DNA of 64,000 nt, taken from contig CAVVPN010000010.1 in the NCBI GenBank assembly GCA_963750165.1, positions 128,001-192,000 on the forward strand, written 5' to 3'. The stretch is from an uncultured Gemmataceae bacterium (GTDB taxonomy: Bacteria; Planctomycetota; Planctomycetia; Gemmatales; Gemmataceae). The translations under genes were made by a program, and so were the position numbers. The notes below the pieces were generated by a model. It searched no databases and was not told the origin of the DNA. It saw nothing but the letters and a program-made list of their open reading frames with translations. This document shows positions 11,086-21,508 of this stretch, piece by piece. Numbering within the stretch: the stretch's first letter is position 1; each line of letters starts with the position of its first letter.

Positions 11086-11976
11086 ATGCCCGACACCCCA
11101 CAACCGCTGCTCGACCCGCAGTTCCTGGTCCGCCTGGAACAGTTGGAGTTGGTGTCGCGTAAAATCTTCCTGGGCCGCATGAAGGGCGAGCGCCGCAGCA
11201 AGCGCAAGGGTCAGAGCGTCGAGTTCGCCGACTACCGCAACTACGTCATCGGCGACGACCTCCGCCACCTCGACTGGAACCTCTTCGCCCGCCTCGAAAA
11301 GCTCTTCATCCGCCTCTTCATGGAGGAGGAGGATTTACATGTTTATATCTTGATCGACAACAGCCTGTCGATGGACTTCGGCAAGCCGACCAAGCTGCAC
11401 TACGCCAAGCAGGTGGCGGCGGCGCTTGGTTTCATCGGCCTGGTCAACCTGGACCGCGTCGTGCTGGAGGCGTTCAACGACAAGCTGACGCAGAGCATGC
11501 CGGCGGCGCGCGGCCGCCGCAGTCTGTGGCGGCTGGTCGATTTCCTGCAAAAACTGGAGCCCGCCGGGCCGAGCGACCTGAAAAAGGCCCTGCGTACCTT
11601 CAGCCTCAAGTGCAGCGGCAAGGGCATCGTCATCCTGCTCAGCGACTTCATGGACAAGCACGGTTACGAGGACGCCCTGCGCTACCTCATCGCCCGCCAG
11701 CTGGACATTTACGCGATCCAGATTCTGTCGCAGGAAGAGATTGAGCCGGAGATCGTCGGCGACCTGCAGTTGACGGACATTGAGGACCAGGACGTGGCGG
11801 AGGTCACGGTCAGCGGGCCGCTGCTGAAGCGCTACAAGCAGAACCTGGCGGCGTACCGGGCGGCCCTGTACGAGTTCTGCGCCCGCCGCGGCGTGGCGTA
11901 CCTGTTCACCAGCAACCAGGTGCCCTTCGAGCGCCTGATTTTCAGCTTTCTGCGGCAGCGCGGGCTGGTCAAGTAA
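11086..11976 (+). CDS. DUF58 family protein
   Basis: G.SVEFADYRNY..GDDLRHLDWN, DNSLSM, LLSDF; MoxR operon context. Confidence 0.92.
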   Translation: MPDTPQPLLDPQFLVRLEQLELVSRKIFLGRMKGERRSKRKGQSVEFADYRNYVIGDDLRHLDWNLFARLEKLFIRLFMEEEDLHVYILIDNSLSMDFGKPTKLHYAKQVAAALGFIGLVNLDRVVLEAFNDKLTQSMPAARGRRSLWRLVDFLQKLEPAGPSDLKKALRTFSLKCSGKGIVILLSDFMDKHGYEDALRYLIARQLDIYAIQILSQEEIEPEIVGDLQLTDIEDQDVAEVTVSGPLLKRYKQNLAAYRAALYEFCARRGVAYLFTSNQVPFERLIFSFLRQRGLVK

Positions 11977-11980
11977 CCAA

Positions 11981-12014
11981 TCTCCCCTCTCCCTCTGAAA
12001 GGGGCGAGGGGAGG
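11981..12014. repeat. CCCCTCTCCC/GGGCGAGGGG palindromic repeat
   Basis: Related, doubled copy at 17494-17567. Confidence 0.65.
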
Positions 12015-12029
12015 AAGAGGACATTCATC

Positions 12030-14435
12030 ATGGCGTTTCGCGCACCTCCCGTCGGCTCCCTGTTCGGGCGGCTGTGGTTCCCGGTCTGCCTGGCCGTGCT
12101 CCTGTTGCTGGCGCTGCCCGCGCTGGTACTGCAACTGCTGCACCTGTTCGGCGCCGCGGGCGAGGTGAACACCTGGCTGAAAAACAACTTCGACCTCAGT
12201 TACCAGAGCCCGCTGCCCGGGATGAAATGGGACGACGCGCGGACCTGGTGGCCGTTGCTGGTGCTGTTACTGCCGCCCATCGGGGTGCTGCTGCTCTACT
12301 TCCTCAAGCTCAAGCGCCGGCCGCTGCAGGTGCCCAGCACGTTCCTGTGGAAGAAGAGCATCGAGGACCTGCACGTCAACGCCCTGTTCCAGTGGCTGCG
12401 GCAGAACGTGGTGTTGCTGCTGCAACTGCTGGTGCTGCTGGTGCTGCTCTATGCCACGCTGGGGCTGCGCTTCCACGGCCAGACCGCGACGGGCAAGCAC
12501 TACATCCTCCTGATCGACAACAGCGCCAGCATGGCCGCGACCGACGTGGCCCCAAGCCGCCTGGAGTGGGCCAGGCAGGAGGCGCTCAAGCTCATCGACG
12601 CCGCCGACGAGGGCCACCAGGGCATGGTCATCGTCTTCAACTCCACGGCGACGACGCTGCAGAGCTACACCACCGACAAGGGCGACCTGCGGCGGGCGGT
12701 CCAGTCCATCAAGCAAACGAGCCGGACGACGCGCATCGAGGACGCACTGACGCTAGCGGACAACCTGGCGAACCAGTACCGCTCTACCGAGGACGCCGTG
12801 TCGCAGCCGGAAGACCAGGAGGCCGAGAAGCGGCGGACCATGTTCAAGCCTGGGCAGGGCACGCCGACGGAGGTGTACCTGTTCACCGACGCAGTTTTTC
12901 AGGAACCGTCGCCCGCGGCCCTGGCGACGCTGAACTCGCTGCTGGCCGGCAACACGAAGGCACTGGGCAACCTGCACGTCCACTTTTTCCAGGCGGGCGC
13001 GAAGGAGAAGGATAGGCCGGTGAACAACGTCGGCATCGTCACCCTGGACGCCGAGCGCGCCGACGCTGGCCAGCAGGACGACAAGAAGGCCCGGCCGAAC
13101 AAGGGCGTCGGCGTCAAGGTGTTCGCCGAGGTCCACAACTTCCGCCCGGAGGAGGCAACGGTGAAGGTGCGGCTGGAGGTGCGGTCGCAGGGCAAGCTGA
13201 TTCACTGGGATGCGCAGCTGGTGAAGCTGGCCGCGCGATCCGCCGGGAAGGCGGAGGGCAAGCCCGGTGAGTCGGGCAGCGGCTGGGCGCGGTTCAAGGT
13301 GGACGATCTCGACATGACCGCCAACCCAGTGGTCCGCGTGTACCTCGACGGCGTGAACGACGACTTCCCGCTGGACGACGAAGCGTGGCTGGTGCTGGCA
13401 CCGCAGCGGCGGGCGCGCGTGCTGGTGGTCACGGCTGGCAACCCGGCGCTGGAAGCGTTCTTCGACAAGGAGGGGCCGACGTCGGAGCTGGCCGAGGTCG
13501 AGTGGCTCAAGCCCGCCGACCTGGACGGCGCCGCCTACCGCCAGAAGGCGGTGGATAAGATCGAGTACGACCTGGTGGTCTTCGATCACTGCGCCCCGAA
13601 GGAGGAGAAGGACCTGCCGCAGGCGCACACGCTGTTCCTCGGCGCGGCGCCGCCGCCGTGGCGGCGCGGCGACCCCTTCGAGGAGAGCAGGAAACAGAAG
13701 AGTATCGTGCCGACCGTCAGCAAGGCCAGCCACCCACTGCTGCGCCTCATCCGGACCATGCGCGACGTGGCGATTGGCGAAGCGTTTGAGTTGCAGTTGG
13801 CCGCCGACCTGAAGGACGAGGACCGCGACCGCGCGAAGAAAGCGCTGGCGCAGCGCGACACGGTGCTGGAGGCGACCGGCAATCGGCCGCTGCTGTTCAG
13901 CGTGCGCCGCGGGCCGTACAAGGACGTGGTGCTGGCGTTCACGCTCTTCAACGACAGGGGCGATCTGCTGACGAACTGGCCGCTACGGCGCAGCTTCCCG
14001 GTGTTCCTGCGCAACGTGCTCATGGAGTTCGGCAACCTGAACGTGGGGGGCAGGACGCTGCAGGCGGGCGAGCCATTTCAGTTCCGCGAACCGGGCGTCG
14101 ATTGGAAGGAAGTGCAGATGCCGGACGGGAAGACGAAGCCGCTGCAGCGCCGTGGCGATCCGAACGACCCGGACCTGGTGTTCGCCGACACGGAGCAGCT
14201 GGGCCTGTACGATCTGGTCGGCGACGGGCCGCGGCGGCGCAGTTTCGCGGTGAACCTGCTCGACCCGCTGGAGAGCGACATCGCGCCGCGCGATCGCTTC
14301 AAGGTCGGCGGTGACACGGTCGCGGCCGAGCCGGAGCGGCGGCAGCCGTATGACCTGTGGAAGTGGTTCGCGCTGGGGGCGCTGATTCTGCTGGTGCTGG
14401 AGTGGTATGTTTATAATCGGCGGGTGTTCGTGTGA
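12030..14435 (+). CDS. BatA/VWA-domain membrane protein
   Basis: LLYFLKLKRR...VPSTFLW (BatA-like), IDNSASM MIDAS, C-terminal TM helix ending LEW. Confidence 0.85.
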   Translation: MAFRAPPVGSLFGRLWFPVCLAVLLLLALPALVLQLLHLFGAAGEVNTWLKNNFDLSYQSPLPGMKWDDARTWWPLLVLLLPPIGVLLLYFLKLKRRPLQVPSTFLWKKSIEDLHVNALFQWLRQNVVLLLQLLVLLVLLYATLGLRFHGQTATGKHYILLIDNSASMAATDVAPSRLEWARQEALKLIDAADEGHQGMVIVFNSTATTLQSYTTDKGDLRRAVQSIKQTSRTTRIEDALTLADNLANQYRSTEDAVSQPEDQEAEKRRTMFKPGQGTPTEVYLFTDAVFQEPSPAALATLNSLLAGNTKALGNLHVHFFQAGAKEKDRPVNNVGIVTLDAERADAGQQDDKKARPNKGVGVKVFAEVHNFRPEEATVKVRLEVRSQGKLIHWDAQLVKLAARSAGKAEGKPGESGSGWARFKVDDLDMTANPVVRVYLDGVNDDFPLDDEAWLVLAPQRRARVLVVTAGNPALEAFFDKEGPTSELAEVEWLKPADLDGAAYRQKAVDKIEYDLVVFDHCAPKEEKDLPQAHTLFLGAAPPPWRRGDPFEESRKQKSIVPTVSKASHPLLRLIRTMRDVAIGEAFELQLAADLKDEDRDRAKKALAQRDTVLEATGNRPLLFSVRRGPYKDVVLAFTLFNDRGDLLTNWPLRRSFPVFLRNVLMEFGNLNVGGRTLQAGEPFQFREPGVDWKEVQMPDGKTKPLQRRGDPNDPDLVFADTEQLGLYDLVGDGPRRRSFAVNLLDPLESDIAPRDRFKVGGDTVAAEPERRQPYDLWKWFALGALILLVLEWYVYNRRVFV

Positions 14436-14446
14436 GGACGGTTACG

Positions 14447-14638
14447 ATGGACGCTGCGAAAAAGAAGGCCTTGGAAACGGCCGGCTGGCGGTTCGGAGAC
14501 GCCGCCGACTTTTTGGAGATGACCGACGAAGAGCGACAACTGCTCGACGCCCGAGTGAAACTGGCCGTTATCCCAAAGACTCAAGCCCTGGACGTGAATC
14601 CGGCGAGCCCGAATTTTGGCACCTCGGCCGTGAAGTAG
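14447..14638 (+). pseudogene. Truncated XRE-family antitoxin-like gene (HTH missing)
   Basis: N-terminus MDAAKKKALETAGWRFGDAADFL resembles the leader of XRE/HTH antitoxins, but no helix-turn-helix follows. Confidence 0.45.
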
Positions 14639-14642
14639 CCGG

Positions 14643-16332
14643 TCACGCCACCTGCACTTCCTCCTCCACGCCCACCGTCTCGCGGAACTTCGGGTCCGAG
14701 ATCAGGCACGGGTGCTTGTACTGCTCCGGCGTCCCGCCCGTGCGCGCCTGCCGCGCCCGGTCCCACTGCTGCCACGTACTCGTCGGCAGCAGTTCCAGCC
14801 GCACCGGGCCGAGCCGCCGGCTGCGGCGCTTCTCGCCATACTCGACGTTCACCACCATCAACTGCCGGTCCAGCGCCTCCGCCAGCCGCACACCTTCGGT
14901 GACATCCGCCAGGTCGCCGCGCTCCACGAACAGGCCGTAGTACGGCGCCACGTCGTCCCAGCACGGCGCCAGGCTGTACGCCGTCAGCGTCAGGTTTAGC
15001 GCCTGCTGCACGTCCTTCATCGCCCCGGCAACGTGGTACTCCGACAGCTTCTCGCCCGTGATGTTCGCGAAGTGCGAGCCCTTGCTCAAGAACTCGATCA
15101 GCGGCGTCTGGTTGTGGAAGCCGGTCACGCGCACCAGGTCGTGGATGTGGTAGCGGTACAGCCCGAACGCGGTCGTCGGCAGGATGAAGTACGCCCGGCC
15201 CTCCTTGAGTTCGTGGGCGCCCACGACGGTCGGCTGCTTGCTGTCCGCCTCCTCCTCGGGGATGAACTCGAAGTAGTGCGTCGTCACGTCCAGGATGCCG
15301 CTCGGCGTGCCGTCTCGCATCGGGATCGTCATGCGGCCCTCGCTGGCCAGCAGCCCGATGTCACGCACCGGCGTGCTACCGTAGTACGTCGGGTAGTGCC
15401 GCAGATACGAGGCGACGCTGCCGCCCATCCAGTTACCGATGATGCAGTCGCTCGGCCAGTAATCCTTCGGGTACAGATGGCCGGTGCGGCGCACGATCTC
15501 CTCCAGTTCGCGCCCGCTCCGGGTGGCGGCGGCGGGTCTTCCACGCCAGCGCGGCGCGGATGTCCGCGGGGATGTCCAGCCGTGGGTTCAGCGTGCCGTC
15601 GTACAGATCGCGGATCAGCGCCTCTTTTTCCTCGTCGCCGGTGCGGGCGAGGTTGACCAGCGTGCTCGGGTTGGCGGCGACGATCATCCCCGGGCGGCGC
15701 GGCAGACTCAGACGCAGCGCCGTGTAATACTTCGCCGTCGCGTCCTTGATGCAGCCGGCCCGCGCCGGCACGCAGTACAAAAAGCGGATGATGCGTTTCT
15801 GCATCGTCGCCGTCAGGCCGGTCACGTTGCCGCACGGGATGCCCGCGTCGGTCATGAACTCGCGCCAGTCACTCGACATCTGCACGATTGGCCGCAGCTT
15901 CACCGCGGGGTGGTCGCGAAACACCTTCAGGCCCCACAGGTTCCAGCCGCGCTTGTAGTCCGCCAGGTACTGCGGCGTCACCGGGATGAACTTGCGCGCC
16001 GCCGTCGTGCCGCTCGTCAACGCAAACATGTGGATATGCGAATCTGTCAACAGCGCCCGGAAGTCGCCGTTGCGCACGCGCTGCAGATAGGGATCGAAAT
16101 ACTCGTAGGCGGCCACCGGCAGCTGGCGGCGGAAGTCCGCGACGGTGCCAATGGCGCCGAAGTGGTGATCGCGGCCGAAGTCGGTGTCGGTCTGGCGGGC
16201 CAGGATGCTACGGAGGAGGGCTTCCTGCACTTCCCGCGGCGACTGGGTCGCGGCCTCGAAGGCCGCCAGCTGCCGGCGCACCGGCCAGGCCACGATCTTG
16301 CCCAGGATTTTACGCAGGAGCCACTTCAACAT
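14643..16332 (-). CDS. GH3-family acyl-acid amido synthetase (apparent frameshift near 15510)
   Basis: LTSGTT.ARKFIP, GLLASEG, YFEFIP, GLYRYHIHDLVRV, GEKLSE motifs split across ORFs 15433-16332 and 14643-15494. Confidence 0.88.
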
Positions 16333-16372
16333 GGATTTGCCCTGTCAGCGGTTGAGGATCAAGGGTGCAAGT

Positions 16373-17464
16373 TCACGCCCGCGTCGTCACCGTGGGGGTG
16401 ACGTGCGCGACGGTCCCGTTGGCATCCCTGTCCACCGCGGACACGGCCGGCTGGGGGGCTCCTGCCGGGGGCGGCCCGGCGGGCGCTGACGCCGCGCCGC
16501 CGCCCAGGTGCTTCAGGAAGAACGCCAGCACGCGGCGCTGGTACTCCTCCGGGGCCTGGTGGAAGGCCTGGTTGTGCTTGGCCCCGTCCACCATCCACAG
16601 ATCCTTCGGCCCGCGCACCCGCCCGAACAAATCCTGGGCCATCTCTGGCTTGATGTAGGTGTCGGCGCCGCCGTGGATCATCAGCAGCGGCCGGTCGCCC
16701 AGCTGGCGCATCGCGTGTTCCAGGTGTGCGAAACGTAGGCCGCGCGCACGCCGAATCCGCCGCAGCCCCGCCTTCGCGTACAGGCCGTAGAACCACGACG
16801 GCAGCGCCCGCTGCAGCCAGATACGCTTGTTGTAAATCTGAATCCAGCGCTTCATGTACGGCAGCATCGTCGTGTGCGTCGCGAACACGCCGTCGGTCAC
16901 AAAGCAGCGCAACGCCGGGTCGCGCGCCGCGGCGATCAGGCCGGCGCTGCCACCTTTGCTGATGCCGAAGAAGCCCACGCCCTGCGGATCGCGATCCGGC
17001 CGTCGCTGCAAATACGCGAGGGCCGCGCTGAAGTCGCGCAGCTCGTACTCGGTGACCCACTGCAGCGGGTCGTAGCCGGGTTGCTTGTCGCTGTCGCCCT
17101 GACCGCGCGGCTCGAACGTGAACACGTCGAAGCCGTGCGCCCGCAGGAAGTCCGTGTACGGCACGCATGCCCAGCGGTTCGAGCCGAACTCCAGGCCGAA
17201 CAGGATCACGCCCAGCCGGCGCGGTTGCGTCGTTTTCAGGTAACAACCGCGCAACGTCAAGCCGTCGTCGGTGCGCAGTGTCACGTCTTCCGCGTCCGCG
17301 ACCGGCTGGCCGCGCGGGATGATGAACAGCGGCTTCTCCTCGAAGATGCGCACCACGTAGTGCAGATAGCGAATCCGCACGTACCAGTACAGCGTCGTGA
17401 ACGCCAGCGCCGCCAGCAAAGCGATGCCGGCTAACACCCCGAGCGTGAGCCAAAGCCACTCCAC
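16373..17464 (-). CDS. Membrane-anchored alpha/beta hydrolase
   Basis: N-terminal TM helix; GISKGG nucleophile elbow, HGGADTYI (Asp), AKHNQ (His). Confidence 0.85.
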   Translation of the reverse strand: MEWLWLTLGVLAGIALLAALAFTTLYWYVRIRYLHYVVRIFEEKPLFIIPRGQPVADAEDVTLRTDDGLTLRGCYLKTTQPRRLGVILFGLEFGSNRWACVPYTDFLRAHGFDVFTFEPRGQGDSDKQPGYDPLQWVTEYELRDFSAALAYLQRRPDRDPQGVGFFGISKGGSAGLIAAARDPALRCFVTDGVFATHTTMLPYMKRWIQIYNKRIWLQRALPSWFYGLYAKAGLRRIRRARGLRFAHLEHAMRQLGDRPLLMIHGGADTYIKPEMAQDLFGRVRGPKDLWMVDGAKHNQAFHQAPEEYQRRVLAFFLKHLGGGAASAPAGPPPAGAPQPAVSAVDRDANGTVAHVTPTVTTRA

Positions 17465-17493
17465 GGTGTCACTCCTTGGGACTGTCTGCTCTC

Positions 17494-17567
17494 TTCCCCC
17501 CCTCGCCCCTTTCAGGGGGAGAGGGGTCGGGGGTTCCTCTTGCTCCCCCTGAAGGGGGCGAGGGGAG
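17494..17567. repeat. Double CCCCTCGCCCC/GGGAGAGGGG palindromic repeat
   Basis: Two inverted units between fabF and the hydrolase gene. Confidence 0.65.
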
Positions 17568-17579
17568 ATAGTTTGCGCC

Positions 17580-18878
17580 TCAATCCACAAAGCGACTCAC
17601 GATCAACGACACATTCTGCCCACCGAAACCGAAGCTGTTGCTCAGCACGTGCCGCACCGTCTTCTCGCGGGCCGTGTTCGGCACGTAGTCCAGGTCGCAG
17701 TCTGGGTCCGGCACCTCATAGTTGATGGTCGGCGGCAGCACACCGCGGCGCAGCACCATCACGCTGGTGATTAGCTCCACTGCGCCCGCGGCCGCGATCA
17801 AATGGCCCAGCATACTCTTGCTGCTGCTCACCGGCACCTGGTAGGCGCCGTCGCCAAACACATTCTTGATCGCCAGCGATTCCACGCGGTCGTTCACCTG
17901 CGTGCTGGTGCCGTGCGCGTTGATGTAGCCGATCGCGCCCGAATTCAGCCCGGCGTCCTTCAGCGCGTACTCCATGCAGGCGATGGCGCCGCGGCCGTCC
18001 GGGTGGCTGTCGGTCACGCGGAAGGCGTCGCCGGTCGAGCCGTAGCCCGTCATCTCGGCGTAAATGGTCGCGCCGCGCTTGCGGGCGTGGCCCAGTTCCT
18101 CCAGCACCAACATGCCGGCACCCTCGCCGAGCACGAAGCCGTCACGGCGGGCGTCGAAGGGCCGCGACGCCTTCGCCGGGGCCTCGTTGTGCGTCGAGAG
18201 GGCCGTCAGCAGGTTGAAACCGGTGACGCCGAACGGATGGATCATGCTGTGCGAACCGCCCGAGAGCATCAGGTCCGCCTCGCCTTGACGGATCATCTCG
18301 GTCGCCTCGCCCAGCGCCTGACTGCTGGCGGCGCACGCGGTCAGACAGTTGTAATTCGGCCCCTCCAACTCGAAGTACGCCGCCAGGTGCCCGGGCGTCG
18401 TGTGCAACTCCTGCTCGAACTCGCGGTTGGCGTGGAAGTCGTGCAGGGCGCCGCGCGTGAACTTCGCGGTATCCACGGCGCGCTGCTCGGGCAGGTAGCT
18501 CTCGGAGATCAGCGATACCAGATGCTGAAAGTCCTGGATGCCTTCGCCGGAGCCGAGGTAAACGCCGAAGCGGCCGCGGTCCACGGCGGCGCGATCCTCC
18601 GGCAGCAGGCCGGCGTCGGCGAGCGCCTGCTGCGCCGCGGCGGCGGCGAAGCGACTGTTGGCCCCGGAATTCTGCCAGCGCTCCGGCGCCTTGACGTAGT
18701 GGCCGAGGTCGAAGTCCTTGACCTGGGCCGCGAACTTCGTCGGGAAGCGGCTGGCGTCGAACAGCGTGATCGGCCCAACGCCGCTGCGGCCCTCCAGCTG
18801 GCGGCGGTACAGATCCTCGACCGAGTGGCCCAGCGGCGTGATCGCGCCCATTCCGGTGATGACGACACGACGTTTCAT
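17580..18878 (-). CDS. fabF: Beta-ketoacyl-ACP synthase II (active KS)
   Basis: TACAAS (Cys), NAHGTST (His), KSMLGHL (His), SNSFGFGG. Confidence 0.93.
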   Translation of the reverse strand: MKRRVVITGMGAITPLGHSVEDLYRRQLEGRSGVGPITLFDASRFPTKFAAQVKDFDLGHYVKAPERWQNSGANSRFAAAAAQQALADAGLLPEDRAAVDRGRFGVYLGSGEGIQDFQHLVSLISESYLPEQRAVDTAKFTRGALHDFHANREFEQELHTTPGHLAAYFELEGPNYNCLTACAASSQALGEATEMIRQGEADLMLSGGSHSMIHPFGVTGFNLLTALSTHNEAPAKASRPFDARRDGFVLGEGAGMLVLEELGHARKRGATIYAEMTGYGSTGDAFRVTDSHPDGRGAIACMEYALKDAGLNSGAIGYINAHGTSTQVNDRVESLAIKNVFGDGAYQVPVSSSKSMLGHLIAAAGAVELITSVMVLRRGVLPPTINYEVPDPDCDLDYVPNTAREKTVRHVLSNSFGFGGQNVSLIVSRFVD

Positions 18879-18888
18879 GGCAACCTCA

Positions 18889-18975
18889 AAAATGGCAAAT
18901 TGCGAATGGCAGATGGCAAATTGAAAACCAACAGATGGGGATGTCTTTCCATTTGCCATTTGCCATTTGCCATTA
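18889..18975. repeat. Heptamer (AAATGGC/GCCATTT) tandem arrays forming an inverted repeat
   Basis: AAATGGC-like units followed by (CCATTTG)n. Confidence 0.75.
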
Positions 18976-20253
18976 TTTGTCCTCCCACTTCCGCAGCACC
19001 ACCGCCGCACACTGCCCCATCTCGGTGAAGCCGACCTTGAGCACGCACGGCCGGCGCAGCGGCCGCGTCTGCGTGCCGACCGCCACTGGACACGCGGGGT
19101 CCGGCTCCTCATAGTTCAGCGACGCCGGCACCTGGCCGTGCGCCAGCCCCAGCAGGCTCGCCGCCAACTCGTTCAGGCCGCTGCCGGCGCCGAGGTTGCC
19201 GAAGTAGCTCTTCGGCGCGAACACCGGCACCGCGTTCGGCCCGAATACCTCCTGCAATCCCCGCGCCTCCCACACGTCCGCGTCGCGCGTGCTCAGGCCG
19301 TGGGCGTTCACATGGTCGATGTCCTCCGGCGCCACGCCCGCCTCGCCGCAGGCGGCGCGGATCGCCCGCGCCAGGCCGGTGCCGTCCTTCTTGCGGTCGA
19401 ACGCGGCGCCGAAGCCCAGCACCTCGGCGTAAATGCGGGCGCCGCGGCGACGGGCGTGTTCCAGCTCCTCCAGCACCACCACCGTCGCCCCCTCGCCCAG
19501 CGTGGTGCCGTCGCGCAGGCGGTCGAAGGGCCGCATGGCTTTTTCCGGCGCCTCGTTGCGGCGTGACAGCGGCGCGAACAGGCACTGCCGCACCATGCTC
19601 AACGGGTTCATCTTGCTGTCGGCGCCGCCCACCAGGAAGAAGTCGGCCTGGTCGCGCTGGACGATCCGCTTGGCCTCGCCCAGCGCCAGCAGGCTGGCTG
19701 CCTCGCTCTCGGTGACGGTGTTGTTCGGCCCCTGAGCGTTGTGCAGGATCGAGATGTGACAGGCCAGCATGTTCGGCAGATACTTGAGCATCCACAGCGG
19801 CGTGATGTTCGGCAGGCCCTGGTCGCCCCACTTTTCCAGGTCCACGACACCGGGGTGGCCGGCCACGCTGAGTTGTGCCGCCGGCCCCAGTTCCTCCAGC
19901 TCGGTGGCCAGCAGACCGGCGCCGAACTCGACGCCAAAGCGCGTCGGGTCGAGGCGCTCCTTATCCACCTGGCCATCGTCGAGCGCCAGCTGTGCCGCGG
20001 CCACGGCCAGCTGGATGCCGCGCGCCATGACGCGCAGTTGCTTGCCAGCCTTTTTGTCGATGAAGCGGCGGGCGTCGAAGCCGGCGATCTCGGCGCCGAT
20101 GCGCGTTGGCAACGGGCTGGTGTCGAAATGGGTGATAAGCCGCACGGCGCTCTTGCCGGCCAGCAGCCCTTGCCAGTATGCCTCGGCGCCGGTGCCCAGC
20201 GGGTTCACCACGCCCACGCCGGTCAGGACAGTGCGACGGGATGTGTGTGCCAT
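18973..20253 (-). CDS. KS-fold protein lacking the catalytic Cys (chain-length-factor-like)
   Basis: Aligns with the neighbouring KS, but TACAAS is ESEAAS and KSMLGHL is KSYFGNL. Confidence 0.85.
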   Translation of the reverse strand: MAHTSRRTVLTGVGVVNPLGTGAEAYWQGLLAGKSAVRLITHFDTSPLPTRIGAEIAGFDARRFIDKKAGKQLRVMARGIQLAVAAAQLALDDGQVDKERLDPTRFGVEFGAGLLATELEELGPAAQLSVAGHPGVVDLEKWGDQGLPNITPLWMLKYLPNMLACHISILHNAQGPNNTVTESEAASLLALGEAKRIVQRDQADFFLVGGADSKMNPLSMVRQCLFAPLSRRNEAPEKAMRPFDRLRDGTTLGEGATVVVLEELEHARRRGARIYAEVLGFGAAFDRKKDGTGLARAIRAACGEAGVAPEDIDHVNAHGLSTRDADVWEARGLQEVFGPNAVPVFAPKSYFGNLGAGSGLNELAASLLGLAHGQVPASLNYEEPDPACPVAVGTQTRPLRRPCVLKVGFTEMGQCAAVVLRKWEDK

Positions 20254-20356
20254 GACGAACCTGCGGCCGGTGCGGCGTGCCGACGCGCGCCCGCTCTGCC
20301 GCCCTCCCTGGGACGACGTGTCCGAACCGATTGCAACAATCCCAACCCTGGGCGCG

Positions 20357-20440
20357 TGGCCCCTGGGGGTAGCGGCAGTCGCCAGACTTCCGAGCAGCGC
20401 CGGACAGAAGTCTGACGACTGCCGCTACCCCCAGGGGCCA
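20357..20440. repeat. Palindromic REP-like element, family A (second copy)
   Basis: GTAGCGGCAGTCGCCAGACTTCCGAGCAGC...; homologous to 4105-4174. Confidence 0.85.
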
Positions 20441-20446
20441 ACCGTT

Positions 20447-20961
20447 CTAGTCCTGCCTCGCTTCCCTGCCGGCGTGGTTCGGCAGGAACCGGGCGAGCAG
20501 ATGGCTCAACTCACCGGTGAAGACGAAGTTCTTGTCGCCAAAGAGCTGCTGCGAGCGCGACCGGTCCAGATGGGCGAAGAAGATTTCCGCCTCGCCGACC
20601 AGGGCCGGCGGCCGGCCCGTCTCGGGCTCGCCGGCGAACACGCGCCCGAGCACCGAGGCGCCCTCGGGCGCAGGTGCAACAGCTCCACCTCGTAGATGAC
20701 CTGCTCGCCCGCCAGCACCTCGCGGGTGAAGTGAGCGCGCGGAATCTTGGCGAGCACGACCTTTTCCTGAAATGCGGTGGCTTCGCCGACCAGGATACCA
20801 CCAGTCTGCGCCAGCCCTTCGAGCATCAGCGCCGCGGGCAGCACCGGATAGCCGGGGAAGTGGTCCGCAAACAGGTCCTCCGTGACGCTCAGGTTCTTGA
20901 CCGCCCGCGCGGACTTGCCACTGGTGAACTCCAGGAAGCGGTCAATCCAGATCCAGCGCAT
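20447..20961 (-). CDS. fabZ: FabZ/FabA-like hydroxyacyl-ACP dehydratase (apparent frameshift near 20665)
   Basis: DHFPGYPVLPAALMLEGLAQ catalytic His/Glu motif. Confidence 0.85.
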
Positions 20962-20977
20962 GCGCGTCTCCGAAGAG

Positions 20978-21067
20978 GATTGCAGATTTTCGATTGCAGA
21001 TTGCCGATTGAAAGACCGGAACTCTTCTGTCTTTCAATCGGCAATCTGCAATCGAAAATCTGCAATC
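20978..21067. repeat. Perfect long inverted repeat built from GATTGCA-type heptamers
   Basis: GATTGCAGATTTTCGATTGCAGATTGCCGATTGAAAGAC and its exact reverse complement. Confidence 0.85.
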
Positions 21068-21455
21068 AGCTAGCCAACTTTCCCTGGATGTAGCGCGTAA
21101 TCATCTCGACCGTGAACAGGTCGCTGATGGCGCTCAGTTCGGGGTTCCGCTCGAACTTGCTGAGGTCTGCGAACGGCATACGGGCCCGCAGTTCCGCCAG
21201 GCCCTTGGCGGTCACCTTGCCGTTCTGCACGAATTCGGGGTCGCCCTGGAAGATCGACTCGGGGAACAGCTCGCCACGCGGAATCTTGATGCCGAACTCG
21301 CGTTCCAGGCGGAACACAATGTCCAGGAAGTCAATGGACTCGGCGCCCAGGTCGCCCTGCAGGGTGGCCTTGGGACTGATCTCGTCCTCATCAACGTTCA
21401 GCGCCTCGACCAGCGTGGCGGAGACCTTCGAGTAAATTTCTTCCTGACTAGGCAT
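21066..21455 (-). CDS. acpP: Acyl carrier protein (extended, 129 aa)
   Basis: DLGAESIDFLDI phosphopantetheine-Ser motif, with an unusual insertion. Confidence 0.88.
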   Translation of the reverse strand: MPSQEEIYSKVSATLVEALNVDEDEISPKATLQGDLGAESIDFLDIVFRLEREFGIKIPRGELFPESIFQGDPEFVQNGKVTAKGLAELRARMPFADLSKFERNPELSAISDLFTVEMITRYIQGKLAS

Positions 21456-21508
21456 GGGTCAAACCTCCTCAAGGGAAAGTAGATAATTTTGGGCTGTCCG
21501 GGCGTTCG